From Acutalibacteraceae bacterium (GTDB lineage Bacteria; Bacillota; Clostridia; Oscillospirales; Acutalibacteraceae): a stretch of 64,000 bases of DNA. The notes below the pieces were generated by a model that was not told where the DNA came from, ran no database searches, and worked only from the letters and a program-made list of their open reading frames with translations. Every line of letters starts with the position of its first letter. Within the stretch, counting starts at the first letter, position 1. Made by a program: the position numbers and the translations under genes. Below, piece after piece: positions 17,165 to 25,280 of this stretch. The stretch lies in the NCBI GenBank assembly GCA_045636025.1, contig JAZTWP010000051.1, forward strand, positions 5,957-69,956. Reading direction: 5' to 3'.

Positions 17165-17465
17165 TCTGGAAATATTATAGCAAACCGAAACGGAAAAATC
17201 AAGGCGGAGCCTTGTATATCATCAACACGAAGTGTTGTATCTCATCAAGCCGCAGGAAGATGCACGCTAAAGCGTGATGAGATGCAACAAAAAGGAATCT
17301 GTAAAATTTGATTCAGTGAAGCAATGGCTTTCGCCATTGTGAAGTTTTGTGCTTCGCACAAAGTGAAGTTAAGTGTGCTGAACACGCCGTCAGGCACTTC
17401 ACTTGCGAAGCAAGCTTCACGTACCGAAGGAGCTCTTCACGTGCCGCAAGGCACACTTAGTTGAA
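17165..17465. repeat. Dense array of short independent hairpins with three GTGAAG and three CTTCAC words
   Basis: GTGAAG occurs at 17316, 17339 and 17363. CTTCAC occurs at 17397, 17415 and 17435. The intervening hairpins are caatggc-tttc-gccattg, tttgtgc-ttc-gcacaaa, cttgc-gaa-gcaag and gtgcc-gcaa-ggcac. Upstream lie caacac-gaa-gtgttg and the long-range pair atctcatca...tgatgagat. Confidence 0.7.
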
Positions 17466-17500
17466 AAAGGAAAGACACGCTATTGCGTGTCTTTCCTTTT
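17461..17500. terminator. Intrinsic terminator downstream of tRNA-Val (usable in both directions)
   Basis: A 15-bp stem aaaggaaagacacgc / gcgtgtctttccttt with a tatt loop. T-runs follow on both strands. Confidence 0.8.
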
Positions 17501-17503
17501 CCC

Positions 17504-17579
17504 TGGTGGACGATAACGGACTCGAACCGCTGACCCTTCGCACGTCAAGCGAATGCTCTACCAACTGAGCTAATCGTCC
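17504..17579 (-). tRNA. tRNA-Val (anticodon GAC), CCA encoded
   Basis: The reverse complement reads GGACGATTAGCTCAGTTGGTAGAGCATTCGCTTGACGTGCGAAGGGTCAGCGGTTCGAGTCCGTTATCGTCCACCA. It folds as a cloverleaf with the anticodon loop TTGACGT and a GGTTCGAGTCC T-arm. Confidence 0.9.
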
Positions 17580-17597
17580 TTGTTCAATTGCTTCGCT

Positions 17598-17626
17598 ATT
17601 ATACATTAATATGCAATAAAAATCAA
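17598..17626 (-). promoter_or_regulatory. Promoter for tRNA-Val
   Basis: On the minus strand: TTGATT (17626-17621), a 17-nt spacer, then TATAAT (17603-17598). It lies about 19 nt upstream of the mature 5-prime end. Confidence 0.5.
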
Positions 17627-17764
17627 GACCTAAATTTGCAAAAATTCATTAAAAAAATTATAAAATTTATGGTGCATTTTTTGTTTATTTATAGTATAAT
17701 AATATGAAAGCAAAGAAAGGAGGAACGGCAGAAACAAATTTTTTGTTTCGAGTCGCAAGGTTTT

Positions 17765-18388
17765 ATGTTCAGACAATTAAAAGAAGATATTCAATGCATT
17801 AAAGACCGTGACCCTGCGGCTGCGTCTGTCCTTGAGATACTTCTTCTCTATCCGGGACTCCGTGCTGTCAGGTCTCACCGTAAGGCTAACTGGTGTCACC
17901 GCCACAACCTTCACTTTCTTGCAAGATGGTTATCACAGCGATGTGTACGCAGAACAGGTATTGAAATTCACCCCGGTGCCACAATAGGCAAAAGATTTTT
18001 CATTGACCACGGCACGGGTGTTGTTATAGGTGAAACAACCGAAATCGGTGATGATGTTACAATCTATCAGGGTGTGACTCTCGGCGGTACCGGTAAAGAT
18101 GTGGGTAAACGTCACCCAACAGTCGGCAATAATGTTATGATTGGTGCAGGTGCAAAAGTGCTCGGACCCATCAAAATAGGCGACAATACAAAAATTGCGG
18201 CAGGTTCTGTTGTTCTTCACGAAATACCTGCAAATTCAACTGCTGTGGGTACTCCCGCAAGAGTTGTAAAACAAGACGGCATAAAGGTTGAAGCTCTTGA
18301 CCAGATTCATATTCCTGACCCCGTTGCTCAGGAAATTGAAAGACTTGAAGAGATGATAAAAACCCTTGCCGATACAATTAATAAATAA
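17765..18388 (+). CDS. cysE: Serine O-acetyltransferase
   Basis: 207 aa. It has the N-terminal IKDRDPAA motif and hexapeptide repeats (GATIGKRFFIDHGTGVVIGETTEIGDDVTIYQGVTLGG). Confidence 0.92.
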   Translation: MFRQLKEDIQCIKDRDPAAASVLEILLLYPGLRAVRSHRKANWCHRHNLHFLARWLSQRCVRRTGIEIHPGATIGKRFFIDHGTGVVIGETTEIGDDVTIYQGVTLGGTGKDVGKRHPTVGNNVMIGAGAKVLGPIKIGDNTKIAAGSVVLHEIPANSTAVGTPARVVKQDGIKVEALDQIHIPDPVAQEIERLEEMIKTLADTINK

Positions 18389-18399
18389 GGAGATATAAT

Positions 18400-19815
18400 A
18401 TGTTTTTATATAATTCATCATCAAGAAGAAAAGAAGAATTCATTCCCCATGAAGCAGGCAAAGTAAGTATGTACACCTGCGGCCCCACAGTTTATCACTT
18501 TGCTCACATCGGCAACCTGAGAACTTATATTATGGAAGACGTGCTTGAAAAGGCTCTCCGTTATGCAGGTTATGATGTAAAGCGTGTTATGAACATCACA
18601 GACGTAGGTCATCTTTCAAGTGATGCTGACACAGGCGAAGACAAGATGCTCAAGGGCGCAAAGAGAGAAAAGAAGACAGTTATGGAGATTGCTCAGTACT
18701 ACACAGATGCTTTCTTTTCAGACTGCAAAAAGCTCAACATCAAAAAGCCTGATGTTGTTGAACCTGCAACAAACTGTATTGCAGAATTCATTCAGATGGT
18801 TGAAGGTCTTCTTGAAGGCGGCTATGCTTACATCGCAGGCGGCAACGTTTACTTTGACACATCAAAACTCAAAGATTACTATGTTTTCAATAACTTCGAT
18901 GCTGAAGACCTTGCAGTAGGTGTACGTGACAGCGTTTCTGAAGACGAAAACAAGAGAAATAAGACAGACTTCGTTCTCTGGTTCACAAAATCAAAGTTTG
19001 AAGATCAGGAACTCAAGTGGGACAGCCCCTGGGGCATCGGTTATCCCGGCTGGCACATTGAATGCTCTGCAATCTCACTCAAGCACAATGGTGAATATCT
19101 CGATATTCATTGCGGCGGTATTGACAATGCATTCCCCCATCATACAAACGAAATTGCACAGAGTGAAGCTTATCTCGGTCACGAATGGTGCAAATATTGG
19201 TTCCACGTTCTTCATCTCAACACTTCAAACGGCAAAATGAGTAAGTCAAAGGGTGAATTCCTCACAGTTTCACTTCTTGAGGAAAAGGGGTACAATCCCC
19301 TTGCATACCGTTTCTTCTGCCTTCAGTCACATTACAGAAAGAGTCAGGAATTCTCTTTTGAAGCTCTTTCAAATGCAGAGGCAGCATTCAACAAGCTTCT
19401 TGCAAGAGTTGCGGCTCTCAAAGAAGACGGTGAAGTTGATGAAGCAGTTTTTGCTGAATATTCAAAGAAGTTTGGTGAAGTGCTCGGCAATGACCTTAAC
19501 ACATCACTTGCTGTGACAGCAGTTTACGATGCTCTCAAGGCAGACACAAACGACGCAACAAAACTTGCTATCATCAATGATTTTGACAAGGTTCTTTCAC
19601 TTGACCTTGCAGAACAGGCAAAGAAGCTCAATGAGAAAAAGACAGAAGCTCCCGCAAGTGAAGAGGATGCAGAAATCGATGCTCTCGTAGCTCAGAGAAC
19701 TCAGGCAAGAAAAGACAAGAACTGGGCAGAGGCAGACAGAATCCGTGATGAACTCAACGCAAGAGGTATTGTTCTCACAGACACACCCGAAGGCGTAAAG
19801 TGGTCAAGAAAATAA
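18400..19815 (+). CDS. cysS: Cysteine--tRNA ligase
   Basis: 471 aa. The class I signature HIGN (FAHIGNLRTY), KMSKS and the CGGIDNAFPHH zinc/active-site region are present. Confidence 0.95.
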   Translation: MFLYNSSSRRKEEFIPHEAGKVSMYTCGPTVYHFAHIGNLRTYIMEDVLEKALRYAGYDVKRVMNITDVGHLSSDADTGEDKMLKGAKREKKTVMEIAQYYTDAFFSDCKKLNIKKPDVVEPATNCIAEFIQMVEGLLEGGYAYIAGGNVYFDTSKLKDYYVFNNFDAEDLAVGVRDSVSEDENKRNKTDFVLWFTKSKFEDQELKWDSPWGIGYPGWHIECSAISLKHNGEYLDIHCGGIDNAFPHHTNEIAQSEAYLGHEWCKYWFHVLHLNTSNGKMSKSKGEFLTVSLLEEKGYNPLAYRFFCLQSHYRKSQEFSFEALSNAEAAFNKLLARVAALKEDGEVDEAVFAEYSKKFGEVLGNDLNTSLAVTAVYDALKADTNDATKLAIINDFDKVLSLDLAEQAKKLNEKKTEAPASEEDAEIDALVAQRTQARKDKNWAEADRIRDELNARGIVLTDTPEGVKWSRK

Positions 19816-19826
19816 GATAAAAATTA

Positions 19827-19862
19827 CAGCGTAGCGGAAAACCGTTACGCTGATTTTTTTTG
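19827..19862 (+). terminator. Intrinsic terminator after cysS
   Basis: Stem cagcgtagcgg / ccgttacgctg (one mismatch) with an aaaa loop, followed by a T-run. Confidence 0.7.
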
Positions 19863-19897
19863 AGATAATCAAGTTTGAATAAATTAAAATAAAGCCG

Positions 19898-20036
19898 GTA
19901 GGGGCGTTAACCTAACGCCCGATTTGTCGGAGACAAATAACGGTGGAACACCGTTCAATTGTATAATAATCGATTTATTGAACACCTATGGTGTTTGCAC
20001 ATTCGTGCCGGGCGATGATTCATCGCCCGGCACTAC
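19898..20036. repeat. String of five hairpins bounded by inward-facing GTAG heads
   Basis: In order: GTAGGGGCGTTA-acc-TAACGCCC (19898-19920), atttgtc-gga-gacaaat, aacggtg-gaa-caccgtt, aacacc-tat-ggtgtt and gtgccgggcgatga-tt-catcgcccggcacTAC (20005-20036). The last is the inverted copy of the hairpin at 11979-12006. Confidence 0.75.
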
Positions 20037-20063
20037 CATATCAATTGTTTTTTCTGTGCTGAA

Positions 20064-22520
20064 TTATTTTTTCTCCTCCAATTTTCTGTAAGCTACTTTA
20101 CCCACAAGTGTTTTTGGCAGTTCTTTTCTGAATTCTATTTCTTTGGGCACGGCATAAGCGGCAATTTGCTTTCTGCAATGGGTTCTGATATCCTCCGCAA
20201 TGTCACCCGTTTGCATTGACGGGTCTTTTGTGACCACAAAGGCTTTTATTCTTTCTATTCTGTAATCGTCTTTCACACCGATGACACAGCAGTAATCAAC
20301 GGAAGGGTGTGTCTCGATTATTTTTTCAACCTGAGAGGGAAAAACGTTATATCCTGATGTGACAATCATTCGTTTTATGCGCTGTCTGAACCAGACATAG
20401 CCGTCGCTGTCGATATAACCCATATCACCCGTATGGAGCCAGATTCTGTCGTCTGAGCGTCGTCTGAGCACGGCTTTTGTCTCTTCTTCGTTGTTAAGGT
20501 AACCTTTCATCACCGTGGGTCCGCTGATTATGATTTCACCGTCTGTGCCCAAGGGTACTTCTTCACCCGTTTCAAGGCTGACGATTTTATATAGCGTGTC
20601 GGGAAAGGGGAGTCCTATGCTTCCCTCTTTGTGGGTGTTTTTGGGTGTCAGACAGCTTGCTGTCACGCATTCCGTAAGCCCGTAACCCTCACGCACCTGA
20701 ATATTTGCATTGTGTGTCCTGAGAAAGTCATCAACAGACTTTTTCAATTCTACAGGCATTGAATCTCCGCCCGAAAACATTCCTTGCAGATATGAAAGGT
20801 CTTCGTTTTCAAGGTCTTTGCACTCGGCAAGCATTCTGAAAATTGTGGGCACTCCTGCAATGAAATTCGGTTTGCGCTTTTTCATTGCTGCGGCATATAT
20901 TTTTGTATTGAATTGGGCAAGAAGAATGCAACAGGCATTATTTATGAGCACCGTATGAATGCCGATTCCGAGACCGAAACCGTGAAAAATCGGCATTGCA
21001 GAGAGATTTCTGAGTCCTCTTGAAAATTCACAGTCCATACTGATTCTTGCCTGAATCGCAAGTGCATTGAAATTCATATCTGTTAGGCAGATACCCTTTG
21101 AAATACCCGTTGTGCCTCCGCTGTAAAGAATTACGGCTGTTTTGTTCTGCTTAAAAACAACAGGAGGCAGACATTCGGTGTTGTCTGCGCTGTCAATAAA
21201 GTCACTCCATCGCATTCCGCCTCTCTCATCGGGAAATTTAAGGTATGACCTGCCTTTTTTCAGTACATAAAGAATGTGGAGATGCAGCGGAAGCTCACCC
21301 TGAATCCTTGCAACAATGACCTTTACGGGGTGAAGCACATTCTGCAGTGCTGACATAACATTTTCATAAAACAGGTCAGGCACAACAACGGCTTTGCTGT
21401 CTGAAATATTAAGGTAATATGAGATTTCATTCACGGCGGACAGCGGATGAATAAAACTTGCAACGGCACCTATACGGTTGAGCGCATAAAAGCAATCAAC
21501 AGCCTGCGGAATATTCGGCATACAAAGAGTGACAACATCATCGGACTTTATACCCTGAGCCACAAAAGCCTTTGCCGTGGTTTCAATGCGCTCCAGCATT
21601 TCGCGGTAGGTTGTGATTTTTCCTTCAAAATTGTATGCCGCATCATCGGGGAGTCTTTCTGCCGCTTCACGCACAAGCTGAAACATTGTTTTATCCGGAT
21701 AATGAAGATGAATCTCATCTGTAAAAGTGAGATTGTCGGTGCTTTGCCAGAAACGGCTGAGTGTATTTTCAAGACTTGCCGTGTCTTTGTAAAAAAACTC
21801 TTCCTTGTGGCAGGGACAGATGTCAAAAAGCTGTTTTACGGCAGTTCTGCAGTCGTTTTCCGCTACCTCGGGGCAGAGAAAAAGCACAGGTCTTGAAAGT
21901 GACCTGAAAGATTCCTCTGCCGAATAGTCAAACAGACTGAAACCGTAATTTTTCATCAGAAGTATGTCTGTTTTTGTGACAAGGTCTGCTTTTTCTCCGA
22001 GTTGTTTTGTTTTGTGAAGAAGAAGTCTGTCAGGCGATGAAAAAGGAGAGTCGGCAATGATTCCGTGCACCTGAGAAGTGAGTTTTGTGCCGTAAACCAT
22101 AATTGCAGAGAGTGCACCTGTCTCTTTGCCGTAAAAATACACGGGGAGAGAGTCTGAAATTTTTTCTGATGCAAAATTCAGCCAGCTTATGAAATCCTTT
22201 CTCTCTCTGATGCCGAGAGTCGGAATTTCTCCCTCGCTTTCACCGTGTGCACGAAGGTCTGCGTAAATCACGGAAGCTCCTGACTTTCTCAGGAAAGGCG
22301 AAATACTGCCGAAATCCGAAAAAGTGTCACTCCCGTGTGAATGCATTGTAATTATGATTCTTCGGGGTTTTTCTGCAGGCACAAAAGTGCCTCTGAGCAC
22401 AGCACCGTCAAAGGCTGTTGTGCTGACTTTTTCCGCGTAGGGAAAAATCGATGCGATATCACATTGTCCGCCTCTTTTGCAGGACAGAAATATTTTTTTC
22501 AAAAAGGTTTTTGTGTTCAA
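20064..22520 (-). CDS. Fusion protein: N-terminal alpha/beta-hydrolase-fold domain plus C-terminal AMP-dependent synthetase/ligase (acyl-CoA synthetase-like)
   Basis: 818 aa. The TTG start at 22520 lies 7 nt downstream of a GGAGGG RBS. The N-terminal ~270 aa have a hydrolase-fold pattern (ITMHSHG...ADLRAHGESEG...ADSPF). The C-terminal region carries the AMP-binding motif YSGGTTGISKG, then GYGLTE and TGDMGYIDSDGY. Confidence 0.85.
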   Translation of the reverse strand: MNTKTFLKKIFLSCKRGGQCDIASIFPYAEKVSTTAFDGAVLRGTFVPAEKPRRIIITMHSHGSDTFSDFGSISPFLRKSGASVIYADLRAHGESEGEIPTLGIRERKDFISWLNFASEKISDSLPVYFYGKETGALSAIMVYGTKLTSQVHGIIADSPFSSPDRLLLHKTKQLGEKADLVTKTDILLMKNYGFSLFDYSAEESFRSLSRPVLFLCPEVAENDCRTAVKQLFDICPCHKEEFFYKDTASLENTLSRFWQSTDNLTFTDEIHLHYPDKTMFQLVREAAERLPDDAAYNFEGKITTYREMLERIETTAKAFVAQGIKSDDVVTLCMPNIPQAVDCFYALNRIGAVASFIHPLSAVNEISYYLNISDSKAVVVPDLFYENVMSALQNVLHPVKVIVARIQGELPLHLHILYVLKKGRSYLKFPDERGGMRWSDFIDSADNTECLPPVVFKQNKTAVILYSGGTTGISKGICLTDMNFNALAIQARISMDCEFSRGLRNLSAMPIFHGFGLGIGIHTVLINNACCILLAQFNTKIYAAAMKKRKPNFIAGVPTIFRMLAECKDLENEDLSYLQGMFSGGDSMPVELKKSVDDFLRTHNANIQVREGYGLTECVTASCLTPKNTHKEGSIGLPFPDTLYKIVSLETGEEVPLGTDGEIIISGPTVMKGYLNNEEETKAVLRRRSDDRIWLHTGDMGYIDSDGYVWFRQRIKRMIVTSGYNVFPSQVEKIIETHPSVDYCCVIGVKDDYRIERIKAFVVTKDPSMQTGDIAEDIRTHCRKQIAAYAVPKEIEFRKELPKTLVGKVAYRKLEEKK

Positions 22521-22580
22521 AACAGTACCCTCCGCTGTAAATATATTGAGATTTTTAACAGCAGAGAATTTATTTATGCA

Positions 22581-22620
22581 AAAAAGAATAAAAAAAGGAG
22601 CTGTAAAAAATACAGCTCCT
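22581..22620 (-). terminator. Intrinsic terminator (minus strand), about 260 nt downstream of the SBP gene stop
   Basis: Stem aggagctgta / tacagctcct. On the minus strand it is followed by tttttttattctttttt. Confidence 0.7.
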
Positions 22621-22880
22621 TTGTTAAGGGGATAGGGAAAAAAGATGCAGATCGGACAAATCGAGGCAAAACGACGCTTTTGCGTTGTTTTGATTTACCC
22701 GAAGGCGTACAAAGGTACGTCGAGAGGTAAGATTTGTTTGTAGCATAAAACATAAAAATTTTTAAAAATTATGATTTTTTATAATTTTAAGGGGATTCTT
22801 CAGGCTTTTTAACCTGCAGAATCCCCTTTTGTTATCTCGTTTTATGCGGTCTGCGCTTTTTTTACATCCCCTGAAAAGTT

Positions 22881-24425
22881 TTATTTATTCCATTCGTAAA
22901 TGTTTTTGTAAACATTGCCTGCGTCACAGTCCGGAGCAGGAGATATTGAATTTGTGCACATCAGAGCACCTGACCTGAAACAAATCGGAACAAAGGGAAT
23001 GTTTTGCAGGAATGAAGTTGTGAATGCTTCAAGTGAGATTTTGCCGCCAAGAAATTCCTCGTATGCGGCAGCAGATGTATCTGTGTCTGCGATTCCGTAA
23101 ACAGGACCGTCTGACGAAAGCACAGCAGAGAGATTCATATCTGAGGGAAGTTTTACTTCGCCTATGTAGAAATCGTATGCTCCGCTCTCGAGTGCTGTTT
23201 TATAGGCATCCCATGTAAGTTCGGAAACGGTAAGATTGATACCTATATTCTGGAAACTCTGGCTGATTTCTCTTGCGGCGGCAACTTTGAAATTGTTGCC
23301 TGAATATACAATAAGAGTGAAGTTCAGCGTATCTTTGAAACCTGCATTTGTCATAAGGTCTTTTGCCTTTGAATAGTCAAGCACAAGAGAAGATGTGTCA
23401 TAGCTTTCATCATCTATTACGTGCCATTCGGGATGGTATGGTGTTGCGCTTTCAACGGCAAAATTCTTGAATGAATTGCGGACGATTGACTGTCTGTTTA
23501 CAGAGTAGTAAATCGCCTGACGCATTGCAGATGTTGCAAGACCGTATGAATTGCTGTTCATACCGAGGAATACAAGGTTGGAAAGATTTGTTTTTGATGA
23601 CTGTGCATTTGCCTGAGAAAAGCTTCCTGATGACATATCATCAAAAAATGCATCTATAGTGCCAAGCTCAAGTGTGTGGATAAGTGTTGAAGATGATGGG
23701 ATTGACACAAGATTTATTCTTGTGATGTTGGGATAAGGTGTACGGCAATAGGGGTTGTAATCAAGGTATACGCTTTCACCGTTCTGAACGGTTTTGTAAA
23801 GTCCCGTGCCCAGAGGTATTGATTTTTCGTCATTTGCCGTCTGTGTTTTTACAATGGGGAAAGTGAGAGAGTCTGCGGCATTCTTGTTTGCGGCAGAAAG
23901 ACTGAAAACAACCGTGTCTGCACCAGAAGCCTGAGCCGAAGTGATGTTTGCAAGTTCATCTGACCAGTTTTCTGAAGCTTTTGCAAGGTTGAAAGAGTAA
24001 ACAACGTCTGCCGAGGAAAACTGAACACCGTCTGAAAAAGCGGCTGTTTTGTTGAGTTTGACGGTAAGTGTCTGCTCGTTAACCGTGTATGACTCAGCAA
24101 GTGAATTTCTTGCAAGGAATGTGTCATCAAGGTTAAAAAGAGGCTCAAAAATCAGACTCATAAGGTCTGAATTGAGGTCAGTTTTTGCAAAGTAGGGGTT
24201 GAGTGAGTCATCAGCAGAGTAGCCGATGTTGAGTGAATCACCTGAAGGGGCAAATGTGGGTCTGCCGTAATCGGGGTTGGTGCCCGATTCTGTATAAATA
24301 ACCGTGCTGTCACAGCCCGTGAAAGCTGAAAGCAGAATTACCGCAGAGAGAATGAGGGATATTGCTTTATATGACACGGATTGCTTTTGCGCTGAGTGTT
24401 TTGCCTGTTTTGTTGTCAATTTCAA
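22881..24425 (-). CDS. ABC transporter substrate-binding lipoprotein, family 5 (peptide/nickel/oligosaccharide-type), orphan
   Basis: 514 aa. The TTG start at 24425 has a GGAGGG RBS 8 nt upstream. The lipobox is LLSAFTGCDS. The SBP_bac_5-like pattern is present. No permease or ATPase genes are adjacent. Confidence 0.8.
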   Translation of the reverse strand: MKLTTKQAKHSAQKQSVSYKAISLILSAVILLSAFTGCDSTVIYTESGTNPDYGRPTFAPSGDSLNIGYSADDSLNPYFAKTDLNSDLMSLIFEPLFNLDDTFLARNSLAESYTVNEQTLTVKLNKTAAFSDGVQFSSADVVYSFNLAKASENWSDELANITSAQASGADTVVFSLSAANKNAADSLTFPIVKTQTANDEKSIPLGTGLYKTVQNGESVYLDYNPYCRTPYPNITRINLVSIPSSSTLIHTLELGTIDAFFDDMSSGSFSQANAQSSKTNLSNLVFLGMNSNSYGLATSAMRQAIYYSVNRQSIVRNSFKNFAVESATPYHPEWHVIDDESYDTSSLVLDYSKAKDLMTNAGFKDTLNFTLIVYSGNNFKVAAAREISQSFQNIGINLTVSELTWDAYKTALESGAYDFYIGEVKLPSDMNLSAVLSSDGPVYGIADTDTSAAAYEEFLGGKISLEAFTTSFLQNIPFVPICFRSGALMCTNSISPAPDCDAGNVYKNIYEWNK

Positions 24426-25140
24426 AGATACATCCCTCCATTGAACATTCTCCGTCGGGATTGTCGAATCTGACGGGAAGATTTGTTTTCATTTTTTCGA
24501 TTGCAAGAGACGGTGTGACACCGAGGACTGACTGCACGGGGCCTGTCATACCGATATCTGTTATATAGCCTGTGCCGCCGGGCAATACCTGAGCATCATT
24601 TGTCTGCACGTGTGTATGAGTGCCGAAAACGGCTGAAATTCTGCCGTCAAGATAAAAGCCCATTGCTCTTTTTTCGGCAGTTGCCTCTGCGTGGAAATCA
24701 AGAATTTTGATTCTGCAGTCTTTCACTTCTTCGAGAATTCTGTCCATACATTCAAAGGGGTTTTCGTTGTTGTCAAGATACACAACGCCCATAAGATTTA
24801 TAACTGCGATTCTGATGAAACCTTTGTCAATGATGTAATATCCCTTGCCCGGTGCCGAAGAATGAAAATTTGCGGGACGGATAAGGGGAAAGCTCTCATC
24901 GTCATATTTAGGGTAAATTTCTGCTCTTCTCATACCGTGGTTGCCCGTTGTGATAACGTCTGCACCGCTTGTGAGAAGATGCTCCGCAGAGTGAGGGTGG
25001 ATACCGTTGCCCTGAGCTGAATTTTCACCGTTGACTATACATAAATCTATTGCGTTCTGTTTTTTGAAAGCGGGGAGAGTGCGGCGGAGAAAATCACAGC
25101 CGTTGTCACCCACAACATCGCCTATTACAAGAATTCTCAT
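24367..25140 (-). CDS. ymdB: TIGR00282-family metallophosphoesterase YmdB
   Basis: Trimmed to the ATG at 25140 (MRILVIGDVVG). The VNGENSAQGNG and GNH motifs match YmdB-type 2',3'-cyclic-nucleotide phosphodiesterases. Confidence 0.9.
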   Translation of the reverse strand: MRILVIGDVVGDNGCDFLRRTLPAFKKQNAIDLCIVNGENSAQGNGIHPHSAEHLLTSGADVITTGNHGMRRAEIYPKYDDESFPLIRPANFHSSAPGKGYYIIDKGFIRIAVINLMGVVYLDNNENPFECMDRILEEVKDCRIKILDFHAEATAEKRAMGFYLDGRISAVFGTHTHVQTNDAQVLPGGTGYITDIGMTGPVQSVLGVTPSLAIEKMKTNLPVRFDNPDGECSMEGCIFEIDNKTGKTLSAKAIRVI

Positions 25141-25170
25141 CTGTTTCACCAATTAAAAAGTATTAAATAT

Positions 25171-25199
25171 ATAATACTAAAATTGAATTTATATGTCAA
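25171..25199 (-). promoter_or_regulatory. Promoter for ymdB
   Basis: On the minus strand: TTGACA (25199-25194), a 17-nt spacer, then TATTAT (25176-25171). Confidence 0.5.
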
Positions 25200-25200
25200 T

Positions 25201-25242
25201 GGAAAAGGAGATGCAAAAAACGAAAGTTTTTTACATCTCCTC
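25201..25242 (-). terminator. Intrinsic terminator ending the S8-protease / dockerin-protein pair
   Basis: The long hairpin ggagatg...catctcc has an inner stem aaaaaac-gaaa-gtttttt and is followed on the minus strand by tttt. Confidence 0.65.
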
Positions 25243-25280
25243 TATGGTTAAATGCTATCAGATTGACTTATTAAAAAGGC

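Noticed and set aside
17580-17764. Looked for a T-box leader upstream of cysE-cysS, and considered a 32-codon uORF starting at 17704
   Set aside because: The leader is under 70 nt from the likely -10 and has no T-box sequence (no AGAGA/GNUGGNA-type elements seen). The uORF overlaps the cysE start in another frame without its own RBS spacing, and I see no attenuator structure tied to it.
19898-20036. Considered whether the hairpin strings (here and at 17165-17465) could be a degenerate CRISPR array
   Set aside because: There is no constant-length direct repeat alternating with unique spacers. Each unit is a different palindrome, the spacing is irregular, and no cas genes are present.
22341-22730. 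129-aa plus-strand ORF spanning the start of the hydrolase-ligase fusion gene and the intergenic hairpins
   Set aside because: It is antisense to the 5-prime end of a strong gene and crosses a terminator hairpin. The composition looks non-coding.
22645-22743. 32-codon plus-strand ORF (MQIGQIEAKRRFCVVLIYPKAYKGTSRGKICL) within the structured spacer
   Set aside because: The RBS is weak (only a purine-rich stretch). The sequence coincides with hairpin stems, so the codons are probably incidental. It is kept only as part of the candidate-sRNA finding.
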